Below, in pieces: positions 26,761 to 39,980 of a stretch of DNA of 64,000 bases. The notes below the pieces were generated by a model. It was not told the DNA's origin and searched no databases. It worked only from the letters and a program-made list of their open reading frames with translations. The position numbers and the translations under genes are program-made. Every line of letters begins with the position of its first letter. The stretch's first letter is position 1. The stretch covers positions 2,387,863 through 2,451,862 of the forward strand of contig RDEW01000001.1 in the NCBI GenBank assembly GCA_011109175.1. The letters run 5' to 3'. Source of the stretch: Dicyema japonicum. Taxonomy: Eukaryota > Animalia > Dicyemida.

Positions 26761-27004
26761 TCTCGCTACTGTACATTCCGGCTGAAGGTTCCACGCATTT
26801 ACGATGCTTTGACTTNNNNCTTCAAGATGAGTTTCTTGCCTACCAGAAGTATTCTCGCAAATTTGAGATCAAACCTTCCCCCTTTTGGACGATCATAAAA
26901 AATTGCAGACAGTCGAAACAAAAAAGGACGCACTGACACCGGGATCACTTAATTAGACGATAACTTTTTCCTTTTCCCTGTGTTCTCGGTGTTATAATAA
27001 TAAT

Positions 27005-27255
27005 CTCGCTACTGTACATTCCGGCTGAAGGTTCCACGCATTTACGATGCTTTGACTTGACGAGTGACGCCGTCATCAGTGAACATTTCATTGCCGAACT
27101 GGATCGTCTACAAAAAACTTAAAACCCAAAAAAAAGAAATGAAAAGCATTCTTTGGTTCTCCCTCATTGATTAGTTATCATGACTGTTCTTTGCTTAAAA
27201 TAACGTGAGTCCTGTCAGGGAGGAGCTATAGCTTATATGGCTTTGTGTAAAGTGC
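27005..27255 (+). mobile_element. SINE family A copy (head truncated)
   Basis: CTGTACATTCCGGCTGAAGGTTCCACGCATTTACGATGCTTTGACTTGACGAGTGACGCCGTCATCAGTG. A partial duplicate lies at 26763-26815, before the N gap. Confidence 0.7.
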
Positions 27256-28599
27256 ATACTCAATTTGTGTGATCTGCTTCTTCGCAGTCAATTTTTAGGG
27301 AAGGTAGACGTGGCATGGGCTCAGAAAAAAGCCAGATATTGTTGAACATCTTCCTGTTAGATTTCCCGATCCCATCGGATCCGGATTCAACCTACTTAAA
27401 TACGCGGATATAATAATGGACATGTCTGGCAAATCAACCCTATCAGAGAGGAAGCTCAAGGAATACATTAGCTATGCTCAAGACTGCTGCGATCGGAGAG
27501 GAATAATGCTCTCCACGGAAAAGTCAACTCTTTGAGAATTAGTCGTATCAAACGGCATTATGGTCAGCCATTATCACTTGGAGTGCCGAGAATGCGTTTA
27601 CTCCGCTATCTGGTTGTTAGGGTTGATCATGGAGGTTCATTGCTGGAAGATGTTAAACTAATAAGAAAAAGTCGCTACAGGTACTCCTTTGTAACCGAAA
27701 AATATGTGTCGACACAGAAACGTTCTTATTCAAACGTGGACTCAGAAAATTGTATGATCCTTATATAAAGGNNNNNNNNNNNNNNNNNGGTTGATCATGG
27801 AGGTGCATTGCTGGAAGATGTTAAACTAATAAGAAAAAGTCGCTACAGGTACTCCTTTGTAACCGAAAAATATGTGTCGACACAGAAACGTTCTTATTCA
27901 AACGTGGACTCAGAAAATTGTATGATCCTTATATAAAGGGGGGTTAGAGACCACGGGTTAAAAGAGGTCGAAATTTTGATTTTTTATATCAACGTTATGT
28001 GATTGGGGTTAATTCAAAGGAAATTGTTTAACGTTGAAGATTGTAAGGTTCACGTTGAAGAATAATATCAGCACCAAAGCTGAAGTGAAGAGATAAAATC
28101 CTACTTCATGTTCTACAGATATGTCGAGGATATGTTCTTGGGTGTTGTTCTTCATGGAACCTCGTGAGCATTTATGAGAATTCTGTTATGTTGACGTATA
28201 CTAAATAAGAGTAATTCCGTTGATATAATTTTCCTTTAATTTTTCATAGCATTCAATAGGTTTTTCACGTTTAAACGGATGCTTTGCAAACTCAATAGCC
28301 TTGATGGCTTTATACAGTTTACCCTCTCTTGCTCGCCTAATTCTTTTACTTGCCATGTTTTATTATTATTTATTATTAAAAAATTAAAATTTATTATTTA
28401 AAAAAAATAATTTTTCAAATATTTATGCGTGTCCTTTTCGTAACATGAGGAAGTGTTCTGGGGACGATGAAAGATCACAGACGTCGAATGGCACAATTGA
28501 TTGCGGGGACTGGGAGCACCTAACTGTTTGACTTTTTTGTCTTTCTTTCTCGGTGTTCCCGGGGTTATTAAAATTAAAAGAGGAGGTGTTCTAGATTAT

Positions 28600-28970
28600 C
28601 TTATGATCGTGTATCATAAATTTTTTCAACGCGTTTCAAAAAATCAATTTCGAGACGTGCAATAAACGATCTTAAATTGAATAAAGAGAAGATTATTGAA
28701 ATTAATCCAATTTATGGGACAAGTTCTCGTTTTTCGAAACTCAGATATTCATCAGTTGATGCTAAAATCATTACTTGGATGGATTACATGGAATTAATTG
28801 GAGTTTGCCTCAATGATGAGATAATTTTATCGAAAGCAATGAAAATGGTGATATTTCGGTCTAAACAATTTAGACATAACAAATAGTTAAGATTGGAAAA
28901 GAAAGAAAAATGTATTACACAGAGAAGCGATAAAAAGTGTTTTGGAACTCAAAGAATATTTTTCGCATAA
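28600..28970 (+). mobile_element. pogo/Tc5 CENP-B-type HTH remnant
   Basis: RYSSVDAKIITWMDYMELIGVCLNDEIILSKA resembles the CENP-B/Tc5 HTH. No intact ORF. Confidence 0.5.
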
Positions 28971-28999
28971 TGAAAATTTTTATTTTAATATACTTCGCA

Positions 29000-29290
29000 G
29001 GATCAATGACCTGCTACTATGATTTTTGACATTTTCACTGCGACTGGTTCGAAAATGAACTGTCCACCAAGACATGCGTATTTCTTTAACTTTAAGTTCT
29101 CAGCCTTCTCCGAAACAGAGCCTGGGTTAGTTGCTGTCGTTCCAAGGTTGGAGAGCAAGGTATTTACCACTTCGACACAGGTGGCGTCCCAAGCAAGGTA
29201 GTTACCACTTTCCCATGGGAAGAATGTGGTTCCGTCTGGTCTTCAGTTGGCTTGAGCAAGTCCAAGCGGCTCTAATTGGAAAGGAAATCT
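29000..29290 (-). mobile_element. CRE-like non-LTR retrotransposon, restriction-like endonuclease remnant
   Basis: Minus strand [21 protein letters not shown]...PGSVSEKAENLKLKKYACL...FEPVAV. Homologous to 53340-53620. Confidence 0.75.
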
Positions 29291-29469
29291 AATTTAGGTG
29301 TAGTTGCTTTCGATAGAATTCATCTCCCAGTGATGTCTTCGGAAACCCAAAGTGAGAGCTGAGCTTCTTAAATTTTACATCTTTTGTTTTTATGAGACTC
29401 CATCCATTTGATCTTGACAATCTCGATTTTTGAGGTGTTCATGGATAGAACCACTTGCTTTATGATTTT

Positions 29470-30890
29470 AATAATAATTACACCACCAGAGACCACGGTT
29501 ACACAAACTAACTAATCACGTGATCCCAGCACGTTCTAGCAAGGACCTCATCTTGGCCCGATGCTCCTCCCTCGTCCCCACACAAGCACGTATCGGTCGT
29601 GTGACTAAACCTTCGCAGTCACGATGGCGCGTTCCGTGGTTCATTCTTATCAAGGCTTCAAGAGGCATTGGTGGCTAGAGTTCCCCAGAGATCCAGCGTT
29701 CCGTGATTTAAGAGGCTCTTCTTTGGCTAGCCTTGATCTTCATAACATTCGTCCAAGAGATGAGTGGACCCCATGCATAAGAGATACATGGGTTAATGAA
29801 TTGTTTATTTACAGTGCTCAAAACAGAATGCTTTCCGATCTTCCATAAGCCTGTGAGGCAATTCAGAACATTAGTTTTCTTTTCGCATTTCGTAAATATT
29901 TTTTCAACATGGAGAGAGAATGACATATGCATGTCAAAAGCTATCCCAAGGATCCTTTGGTATTTTCTGAAAACAATAGCTTCATTGTTTGCCTTCAGTT
30001 CGACCGTCTGTCTTCCTAGTCTCTTGTCTGAAGTAAATAGGGTTGTGACGGACTTTTCAGTGCTAGTAGTTAGGCGTTTCTTAGATAGCCATTTGTCAAG
30101 GCGGTCCAGATTTTCTTGCAATTTCGAAGTGGCAATCAGGATGTCCTGATCTCGTGACGCAATGACGATGTCGTTGGCATAAGTTAGAATAATGTCATTT
30201 TCGGAGTCTGGAGTAGGGAAGTCCGCTATGAATAGGTTGAATAAAACTGGAGACAAAGGGGATCCTAGGGGAACCTCATTAGGGAGAAGCCGTGATATAG
30301 ACCTTGACTGGCCAATGCAGATGCGTCCTTTCCGACCACTAAGGAAGTTAGCTAGTCAGAGTTTGAGCTTTCCAGGGATCTTTGTTTTGTAAATTTTCCA
30401 AGTTGGCCAATGCAGATGCGTCCTTTCCGACCACTAAGGAAGTTAGCTAGTCAGAGTTTGAGCTTTCCAGGGATCTTTGTTTTGTAAATTTTCCAAGTAA
30501 ATATCCTCTGAAGGCTTTGAACAAAGGCCACCACTCCGCTTCCTCTTTCGTTCAGTTCGTATTAAATTGTATCCAGGGAACATCGGAGTAGGACTGTATA
30601 TAAGTAGTTTCGTCTCTTGAATCAAACCCAGGTAGATCTTCAGCTCCGCCAGGAGAAAGCGCAGTTCCAATATTTTCCCCCTTACTCAATTGACATTTAG
30701 TTGAAGAACCGTGGCCCGTTTCTTCCCGTGGGCTAGGGGTTCCTTCCGAGTATATGAAAATAAGAGTGCGTGCCGCCGGGGATGCAGTTTCCTAGGAGGT
30801 AAATGTTCAATGGTTCTCTTTGGAAGAACATTAGGTGCCCTCTGGGCGTTAACAATACTTACAGAATTGGTGGACAACATAACGCCACGC
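29470..30890 (-). mobile_element. Internally deleted LINE (APE endonuclease start, RT C-terminal half, TAA tail)
   Basis: LQLNVN...IQETKL, LSPVLFNLF..D, YAND and ILG motifs. The 3' end is shared with 39795-39980. Confidence 0.85.
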
Positions 30891-30978
30891 TAAATTATTA
30901 ATTATTGAATTAAATATTAATTAAATAATTAATATAAAAAATTTACAAAATATTTAACAATAGATTGAATTAATTAAA

Positions 30979-32133
30979 ATGATCGGCCTAATTTTCGTTG
31001 TTTTCACTTTATTGTTCAATTCTTGTATTTCATCTGAAATTCATTTCAAATACGAATCAATCAATCAATCCTTTGATTATTATGAAATCAAATGGAATAA
31101 TTTTCTAGAAAAATACAGTTAAATTAATTTTCACTCTAGACAAATCATATTCTGGTTTAGAACTCCATGTTAGAAAGGCTATTTTTACTGAAAATTTAAA
31201 ATTTATTGACAACCACAATTTACTTGCAGAGCAAAGAAAAGTATTATATGAATTAGGAATTAATCAGTTTGCTGACATGGTCATCTCATAAAATATTTTT
31301 GTAGACAATAAGAGAAATATTCAAACCCAGCAAATTCAATTTATATAATAATTATAATTCTAATGGTACAGCGGAAGATGAATTACTTGGAGATTACACT
31401 ATCCATAGAAAGAAATATCCTTCATCTTTTAATTGGGTAAATCGAAACTGTGTAACTGATATAAAATCCCAAGGAGCTATATGTGGGTCATGCTATGCGT
31501 TTGCCGCAGTTAATAATTGATTAATATATTTAGTTGGCCACGTTGGAGTCGCATTTGGCAATCAAAAACAATAAACTAGTATCAATGAGCGAACAAAATA
31601 TCGTTGATTGTGTTATTTACGGATGCAAGGGTGGACATGAATTTCATGTGTATAAATACATACAAAAAAACGGAGGAATTAATTCTGAACAACGGTATCC
31701 ATATATTGCCACAGTAAATCGACGGATAATTATATAGGATGGTAAATGCAAATATGGAGGTCAACCAGATATTAAATTTAAATTGACTGGATATAGATTT
31801 CTTAGAAGAAGTGATGAAAGAATGCTTTTGCGTACTCTTGTGGATGTTGGTCCTGTTGTTGTTAATGTGCTTGTTTTTTTTAGCTTTGAATTTTATTTTG
31901 GAGGTAAATATGAATGAAACATTTTAGGAATATTCCATCCCAAAAAATGTTCACTCCAAGTTTTATCTCATTCAATTTCAGTAGTCGGTTTTGGAGTCTC
32001 AAAAGGAGGAAAGTATTGGCTCATAAAAAATTCATATGGTACAATTTGAGGGATAAATGGTTACATGAAATTGGCACGTGGGAAGGATAACTGTGGATTT
32101 CCTCTGGATGCCGTATATCCTATAATCGAATAA
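30979..32133 (+). CDS. Cathepsin L-like cysteine protease, copy 1 (in-frame TGA; possible pseudogene)
   Basis: Signal peptide, ERFNIN-like ELHVRKAIFTENLKFIDNHN, GINQFAD, QG..CGSCYAF, HSISVVG and KNSYG. TGA at 32047-32049 replaces a conserved Trp. Confidence 0.9.
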
Positions 32134-32819
32134 TTTTATCGTTAAGATTACTTTCGGTTTTATGGGGTGAAATTAATGTGTGGTTCTAGTAAATGTGACT
32201 TGCGGCACACATTAAAAAATAAAAAATTGGTAATTTAATGGCAAATTTTTATTAATTTTCAAAACAGACAAATCGTATATATGGCAATTTTTGAAATTTA
32301 TGTAGATTCATCCAGTTGTTAAGAAAAACGAGTTTCCTTTGTAGAAAATTATCCGACAACAGTGTTATCTCACAAAAAGGTATCTTCATTATTTTTTGTT
32401 CATATTTTTGACCATCATAGTCCGATTAATGATACGACAAGCAGTGATTATCAAGTTTTCGCCACTGGTATGAGGTTTCAATTCTTTTGCGACTAAATCA
32501 GATGTGAACATTTCAATAATTCCGTTGAGCTCACAGAAGTATCACTAAACAACATTTCCTAGATCTACAATACATAATAAAAACTACATAATACTTGTGT
32601 TGTTTTTTCAAATGCATAAAATAATCAACAGATTTTTTTAAAATTTGCTTGGAATTACAATGTCTAATTAGTTTGCTACGAACCATAGCATTATATTTCA
32701 AAACTTAGATGAAAATTAGGTATTGAGGTAGTTTTTTTTATCATCCCATGCAAATAAGAATCTTTGTATGAACGTCGAACTGATTTATCCATTCTAAAAA
32801 AATGTGAATACATTTATTC

Positions 32820-33840
32820 AAACGCAATGACGATGTCGTCGGCATAAGTTAGAGTAATATCATTTTTGGAGTCGAGTGGGTAGGTCCGTCATGAATAGGT
32901 TTATTAAAACTGAAGACAAAGGGGATCCTTGGGGAACCCCACTAGGGAGAAGGCGTGAAATAGACCTTAACTGGCCAATGCAGATGCGTCCCCTCCGACA
33001 ATAAGGAAATTAGCTAGCAAGAGTTTGAGCTTTCTAGGGATCTTTGTTTGGTGAATTTTCCAATTAAGAATCCGCCTTGACACAGATTCGAAAGCATTGT
33101 GGACGTCTATGAAGCAAAGTACAGTCTTCATGTGTCCCGGCCTGTGCGAGAAACTACATCGTGTTAAGTTAGTCAATGCAGATAAGTGTAGGGATCTTTG
33201 TTTGGTGAATTTTTCAATTAAGAATCCGCCTTGACACAGATTCGAAAGCATTGTGGACGTCTATGAAGCAAAGTACAGTCTTCATGTGTCGCGGCTTGTG
33301 CGAGAAACCATATCGTATAAAGTTAGTCAATGCAGATAAGTGGGTCAAAGTAGACGACTCCGTTTTAAAATCATGTGAAATGACAAATCGGGGAAGAAAT
33401 TTTTGATTTTTGCAAGAATCAGCCTTTTCAGAATTTTCAACACCGAACACAATAACGCGACCGGTCTGTATGAAGCTGGGTCCTTTTTCACTTTACCGGG
33501 TTTTAAAATTAGACGTAGGTGGGCAAGGTCCATAAGACTGGAATACATTTTTTTGTTAATGGAGTGGTTGAATATCCTCGTTAATGCAGCGATTCCATAA
33601 TCTCCCAGATTCTTTAGGAGGATCATTGGGATCTTATCCGGTCCGTTAGAATAGGTTGTTTTAATGGCTTTCAATGCATATCTCACGTAGTTTTCAGTAA
33701 AGTGAATCGTTTCCAGTTCCTTTTTCGGTTTACTGAGATATTTCGGGGGTACATCTGACTTCTTATGGTCTTTATGGGATATTTTCACATAGTATTTTAT
33801 TAGGTTGTTTAAGTCCTTTTGGCTGTGGTCCTATTTTTCA
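32820..33840 (-). mobile_element. Decayed LINE RT (same family as 29470-30890)
   Basis: GPDKIP, KPGK..DPASYRPVALL, DVHNAFESV, GVPQGSPLS and YADD motifs. Confidence 0.85.
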
Positions 33841-33859
33841 TCACCTCTCGAGGCGTCAA

Positions 33860-35440
33860 TTATTATTATTATAGGCACGTACGCGATGCCAAGATCATGA
33901 CAAAGCATGTGCAACACGAAAAGTTAACAATCTAATTAACGTCGCCCATCTTTTTCGATCCGTTGCCATGTTCCGTAGCATATCTAGATCGTCCCCATCT
34001 TTAAGGCACTTTCCAATCCTCTTGAGATCTTCATCTAGAATAACCGGCAGTGTTGTCCTCGGCCGGCCGCGGAAACGAGAAGCTTCTAAGACAAAATACT
34101 CCTCCATTGCTATGTTGGCAGGGGTCCCCATATCGTGGCGGAGTATGTGTCCAAAGAGCCTCCATCTTGAATCAGTAATATCACATGATATTGGCTCAGT
34201 TCCTGTTCTCTTGTATAAGATTTCGGACGGCATTTTGAAAAAGCTTCGGGAAGAAAGGAGTGCTCGGAGATGATTTCTGTGAAAAGAATTCAACTTTTCG
34301 AGTTCCTGCCCTGTACATGCCCATGTACCGGCATTATATAATAGGATTGGCCTCACTAGGGCATTGTATAGTCTCATTCGAGTTTTAGGGTCAAGCCCTT
34401 TGTGCAGAAGCCAGGTCTTCTTCATTTTGTTGAAAGCGACATTAGTTAGTGTCTTCCTTCGTGTTATATCTTCGGTGTCACCGAGAAGGGATCCTAGTTT
34501 TTTTGATCTACGCCAGTGCTCGTCGGTCCTTTCCTCACTTCTTTTTAGCTCCGTGATTTCGGTTTTGTTTGTGTTTACTTTTAATGACCACTCAGCCATT
34601 TTATCAGGCATTTTCTCCAAAAGTGCAATTAACTCTTCTTTGTTATTCGAAATAAAGTCCACGTCGTCCGCATATGCTATTATGCTCGTTCCTTCTCTGA
34701 TATGAGGCTTCAAGTCTCGTAGAGCTGCCTCCAGATAAATAATGAACAAAATCGGGGATAATGGATCTCCTTGAGGGGTACCAATTGTCGTTTCAAATGT
34801 CCTCGATAAAGCTTCCCCAGTACTGACCATCTATCTCGTGTCCGTCAAGAGTGTCCTGACCATCCTAATCGTTGAGCCCTTCAAGAAGTGCTCCAGAATT
34901 TGCAGCAGTTTGTTCCTGTTGACGGAATCAAAGGCCTTTGACATATCAATCCCCAGAATGGTTGTCGTTATTTTAAATTTTTGAACAGTGGCACTTCTCT
35001 ATTTGTGGCTCCATATAACATCTGACGTTGATCTCCCTTTGCGGAAGCCACTTTGATAAGCCGACAGGTACGAGTCTAGGCGTCCCTCCATTCTTTGAAG
35101 CGTAATATTGGCTAGTATCTTCCGTAATGTGTTGGTTAAGACCACTGGTCTTAGGTTCTCAACTTTCCCCGAATTTTTGTTTGGCTTCTGTACTGGTATC
35201 AATAGTCCTTCTCTAACTAGCAAAGTGGCTCCTTTACTATACATTTCGTTTAGAATCCAGGCAATTATCATATATAGCTTTTGAGTTCCATATTTGAAAA
35301 ATTCACCATTTAAGCAATCTGGGCCGGAACTCTTATAGTCCTTCAGTTTGTAACTTGCTGTCATCACTTCTTCCACAATTATTTCTTCGTCTAATTTTCC
35401 CTGATCCGTGTTAATGGTGAGTTTTTTGCTATTTTTGATA
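33860..35440 (-). mobile_element. RTE-like LINE, 5'-truncated, nearly intact RT
   Basis: SGPD, QSGFRKGRST, DMSKAFD, GTPQGDPLSP, YADD, WRLFGHILR and RGRPRTT. Two TAG stops (34999, 34831) and a (TAA)n tail. Confidence 0.88.
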
Positions 35441-35614
35441 CAAATTGTGCTTCAAAGCGTCAAAGTAAGCATTATTAATTATAATAAAAATAATTTAAAT
35501 TAAAACTAAAATTTTAAAAAAAGGTATGCATTATTAATTATAATAAAAATAGTTTTAGTGATGTAAATTAATTTTTAAATTTTTAAATTTACAATAAAAT
35601 ATTTTATTGTGAAC

Positions 35615-36550
35615 ATGTGCACTGTTGTTGATGGTTTTACGGGTATGAATATAGTCTAATTTTCCAGTAATAACATTAAATAATAAATACAAAAATGATG
35701 AATGGACACAATATCTGTACTTACAACGACTAAAGAATAGAGAAAAGAACGTTACGGGTATGCATATAGTCTAATTTTCCAGTAATAACATTAAATAATA
35801 AATACAAAAATGATGAATGGACACAATATCTGTACCTAAAACGACTAAAGAATAGAGAAAAGAACGTCCTATACATTCATAACGTTCCGTTTTACTACGA
35901 TGAGGTAATCTAATATCTTATACATCAGAACTGCATAAAAGGAATCTTTGACAACTTCAACATCGTCAAAATTCAGTGGGATCCAGTAGAGGAAGAGAAT
36001 CGATCTCGCTTTGACTTTCCCGTGATCCCCATTACTCACAAAACGTGTTTGGTGACCTTCGAATCCCCCGAGGTCGCTCAGGATGCCCTGAGTGTCTCCA
36101 TTGAGGACAAACGTGTGGAGATTCCAGATGGGATGACTGAATATAACTTCGGATTGGGAGCTCAACGAAATCGATACTTATCAAAAATCGATACACGTGG
36201 GCTAGATGAGGAAGTTACTACCTTTATGGCGGACTATGATGAGGCTGAGAACAGAAGAATGTCAGAGATGTTTGCACGTGCTGGTAAGGTTGACGAGGAC
36301 GGGTTCAAGCTTGTGGGGAAGCCGAAAAGGCAGATAAACTCATTGTACTCTGATGATCTGGTTAAAACCGATAAAAGGAAGAAGACAAAGGCTGAACCGA
36401 ATTTTTACGTCTCCCAAATAAGGGAGTCGAAGAGGGAACGTATGTTTTGTCATTTATTGTGTAGAGATTGAATTGTTGAGGAAAAAGTTTGAGGAAGACA
36501 AGAAAAAGATCGCTAAGATTAAGGCTGAGAGGAAGTTTAAGCCATTTTGA
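35615..36550 (+). CDS. RRP7A: Ribosomal RNA-processing protein 7 homolog
   Basis: LYIHNVP, DEDGF..V, NFY..Q.RE.K and LRKKFEEDK.KI...RKFKPF*. Micro-introns. Tandem duplicated blocks at the 5' and 3' ends. Confidence 0.9.
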
Positions 36551-36739
36551 CTATTTTTTAACGAATTTTTACGTCTCCCAAATAAGGGAGTCGAAGAGGG
36601 AACGTATGTTTTGTCATTTATTGTGTAGAGATTGAATTGTTGAGGAAAAAGTTTGAGGAAGACAAGAAAAAGATCGCTAAGATTAAGGCTGAGAGGAAGT
36701 TTAAGCCATTTTGACTATTTTTTAAATTATTATTTTTTG

Positions 36740-38800
36740 CCAAGTGAGGGGTTCTGTTTCTAAAGGCGATGATAACATCGTCTGCATAAGAGTAATGTGT
36801 TAGGATCACCAATCTGGGGGTCATCTTGAAGGAATAAATTAAATAAAATCGGAGAAAGCGGAAAACCTTGTGGGACTCCATTTGGAAACAGTCGAGTTCT
36901 CTATTTGCTATTCCCAAGACCCTCCAGATAAAAAGTTTTCCAACTAAAGCTTGAGGTTGGATGGTGGAGTCGAAAACCTTGGTGACTCCTGGAGACACCT
37001 TTTGAACATGGAAATCATCCCTGTGGGCAAATGAGGCCTTAAATCATTAAAGATGCAAATATAAATTGAGATAGGTGCGTTGTGGTAGATCTGCCAATTC
37101 ATAGGCCACATTGGAAGGATGGCGTCTGCAGGATCGGGAATAATCATCATAAGAAATTGGGGATTTGTGACCCATAGACTTTTCGAGTCAAGATTTTTAT
37201 GAGAACTGAGTCCAAAGATCAAGGTTTTGTGATAATCAAACTTTGATTCAAAACCANCATAGGCCACATTGGAAGGATGGCGTCTGCAGGATCGGGAATA
37301 ATCATCATAAGAAATTCGGGATTTATGACCCATAGACTTTTCGAGTCAAGATTTTTATGAGAACTGAGTCCAAAGATCAAGGTTTTGTGATAATCAAACT
37401 TTGATTCAAAACCACCCAAAATAAATTTTACATACATTGTAGGTGGTATTTTGATGATAAACCTCTCGTCCTGGAAGGATTCCAGTGGAAGATGTGACAT
37501 CCGATACAGTCTCTTTATAATCTTAGACAGTGTGCACAGCTTCCAATGCTATAGAGTACAGTGGATATTTTCCTTCTTTTTGTCTTCAAGTTCGTTACTN
37601 CTTTTCGAGTCAAGATTTTTATGAGAACTGAGTCCAAAGATCAAGGTTTTGTGATAATCAGACTTTGATTCAAAACCACCCAAAATAAATTTTACATACA
37701 TTGTAGGTGGGAATTTGATGATAAACCTCTCGTCCTGGAAGGATTCCAGTGGAAGATGTGACATCCGATACAGTCTCTTTATAATCTTAAACAGTATGCA
37801 CAGCTTCCACTGCTATAGAGTACGGTGGATATTTTCCTTCTTTTTGTCTTCAAGTTCGTTACTTTTTATCGGAATTTGTACTACGAAAAGTTCTCCACGT
37901 TTCAGATAAGGTCTTTTGCTTACCAATCACTTTCCTCTCGTTTTCTGTGACTATTTTTAATCTCATTGTCGAGTAGTGGGATTCTCTCCTTAACTTCCTG
38001 AGTTTGTTCTTTGAGACTTTGTCCACGTGATATACAAAATTAACCAAATTAACATTTTGAAGTCCGGGAATTTGGTTGGTTTCTTTTCGAATTAATCGTG
38101 TCCTTTATCTGAATAAGGATGGGGTTAGGATCGTAAAATAAAGACCAACTGACAAGTGACACGTGTATTGGGATGCAATTCAAGTCTGGTAGAGTAATAT
38201 TGTCCTTCGCTCTGTAAGATGATCTTGTATTTGTTCGGTAGAGGTTTCCAGTGACGGGAGTATAGAACTTCCTCTGGCAGCGGCTTTTAATTAAGAGATG
38301 TACATATTGAGAATTTTAAAATTTCAATTCTACGGGAGATGCTTGACAAAGGGTAGTCGTGTAAAACTCTTTTTCTTAACAAAAGTCATAATTCCTCCTC
38401 CGTGGCCGACGGTCGATCCTAGCAAACCACGGTAAAGTCGACATGGAAAAGGAAGGTGAGTATCTATAATATTCGCAGCTTTTCAATTTTGCATATAAAG
38501 TGAGTCAATGTTCAAGTGACTTTGTCTTGAATATTTCAAGGGTGTCCAAAAGAGAGAAGGATTATTTTCAAATTTACGAACATATTCCTGGTAGGCAAGA
38601 ATCTTTTCTTCTAGGTGGCTTCCAGAAATCTCCCCATATTTAGGATATTGTATAATCTGTCCGCAACATTTAGTATATTCCTCAACGATGAGGTGGAGGT
38701 CATTCTGTTACGTTTAATAGGATTCGCCGACACTGGTTCTGTATAACTACTAGTTTATTTTGCTGGTTGTTGATTAGGCTGCAATCCACGCAGCACGTGC
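36740..38800 (-). mobile_element. Highly decayed LINE (endonuclease and RT remnants)
   Basis: YSYADDVII near 36770 and GHGGGIMTFV (endonuclease-like) near 38400. Many frameshifts and gap-associated duplications. Confidence 0.65.
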
Positions 38801-39000
38801 ATTTTCGATTGTTGGTATGATATACTGTTTGTATAATAATTCAAGGTGAGAGATATTGGGGATTTGGTTTTGTGGATACCCCTCTTTTTTTGGACTCACG
38901 AAACTGATAGCTACTCTATTTGATAATGATAATAATTCAAATGTCTTTAAATTTAATTTAAAAATTTTAAAATTATATTCAATTACTTATTTTAGTTGTT

Positions 39001-39514
39001 ATGTTCAGTCCACTACGGCATATTTCACTAACACTAATAAAGGGGAATGGGGGATTATCGTGTATTCAAAGAGCTTTATTCAGCACATCTGCTGTTATGA
39101 ATGTGATTGCCAGACAGGCACTAAAGAGGGAGACAGATTTTAAGGGTACAATTAATAATTATATCAGAGAGCAGTGGATACCTGACCCACCCTAAAAAGT
39201 GGTTATTGGAGAGATATGTAATCATGTCGGTGTATCCTCTCATCCCTCTATGCTTCTACTTTGGGGGACCACTATTTGAGAGTTTTTTAACCTCTACAAT
39301 ATGGCTGCATGCACACTGGTATATCGGCAGTATTGATTGTAGGAATGTGTCAATAGTAATGCACGACTACCTCAATTATAGAGGACAGTCATTGGAGAAG
39401 TTGTGTCAGTTTGTTCTCACATTTGTGTCCACCTTCACTCTTTGCCTTCTTTTAATGTTCAATTACTATGACGTGGGGGTATTCAAACTATTCCGTACTA
39501 TCTGGTCCTTATAG
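39001..39514 (+). CDS. SDHD: Succinate dehydrogenase cytochrome b small subunit
   Basis: Basic presequence-like N-terminus, W..ER, LHAHW|..V.HDY and FNYYDVG..K...IWSL*. Introns of 22 and 24 nt. Confidence 0.9.
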
Positions 39515-39794
39515 TTCTTACTGATTTGACTAAACAAATCGTTGGCGTATCCTTTGTTGCTTTACTGTTCTCTTTAAGCTATAACTTCACGTTGAGGGCA
39601 TTCTAACTGAAATGTTTATTCTGTTTTATAAAATAAACTTAAATTAACAGAATAACCTTGATAACCCAAAAATCAAACAACATAACTGACGAACTATATT
39701 CTATTTTTCTTTGGTGCATGTTATATATTACTTTATTGGTCATATTCATGATTTTTATAAATATAATTTAATCTATTTATTTTTTAATAATAAT

Positions 39795-39980
39795 ATTAAC
39801 ACCAGAGACCACGGTTACACAAGTTATCCCAGCACACTCTAGCAGGGACTTTTTCTTGGCCAGATGCTCCTTTCTTGATCCTACACAAGCACGTATCGGC
39901 GAGTGATTGGACCTTCGCAGTCACGACAGCGAGTTCCATGGTTCACTCGTATCAAGAAATCCAGCGTTCCGTGATTTTGG
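39795..39980 (-). mobile_element. LINE 3'-end fragment
   Basis: Closely matches 29485-29710 (CACCAGAGACCACGGTTACACAA...CACAAGCACGTATCGG). Confidence 0.8.

Noticed and set aside
33968-34705. Plus-strand ORFs over the RTE element (and similar antisense ORFs over genes)
   Set aside because: Antisense shadows of real coding frames.
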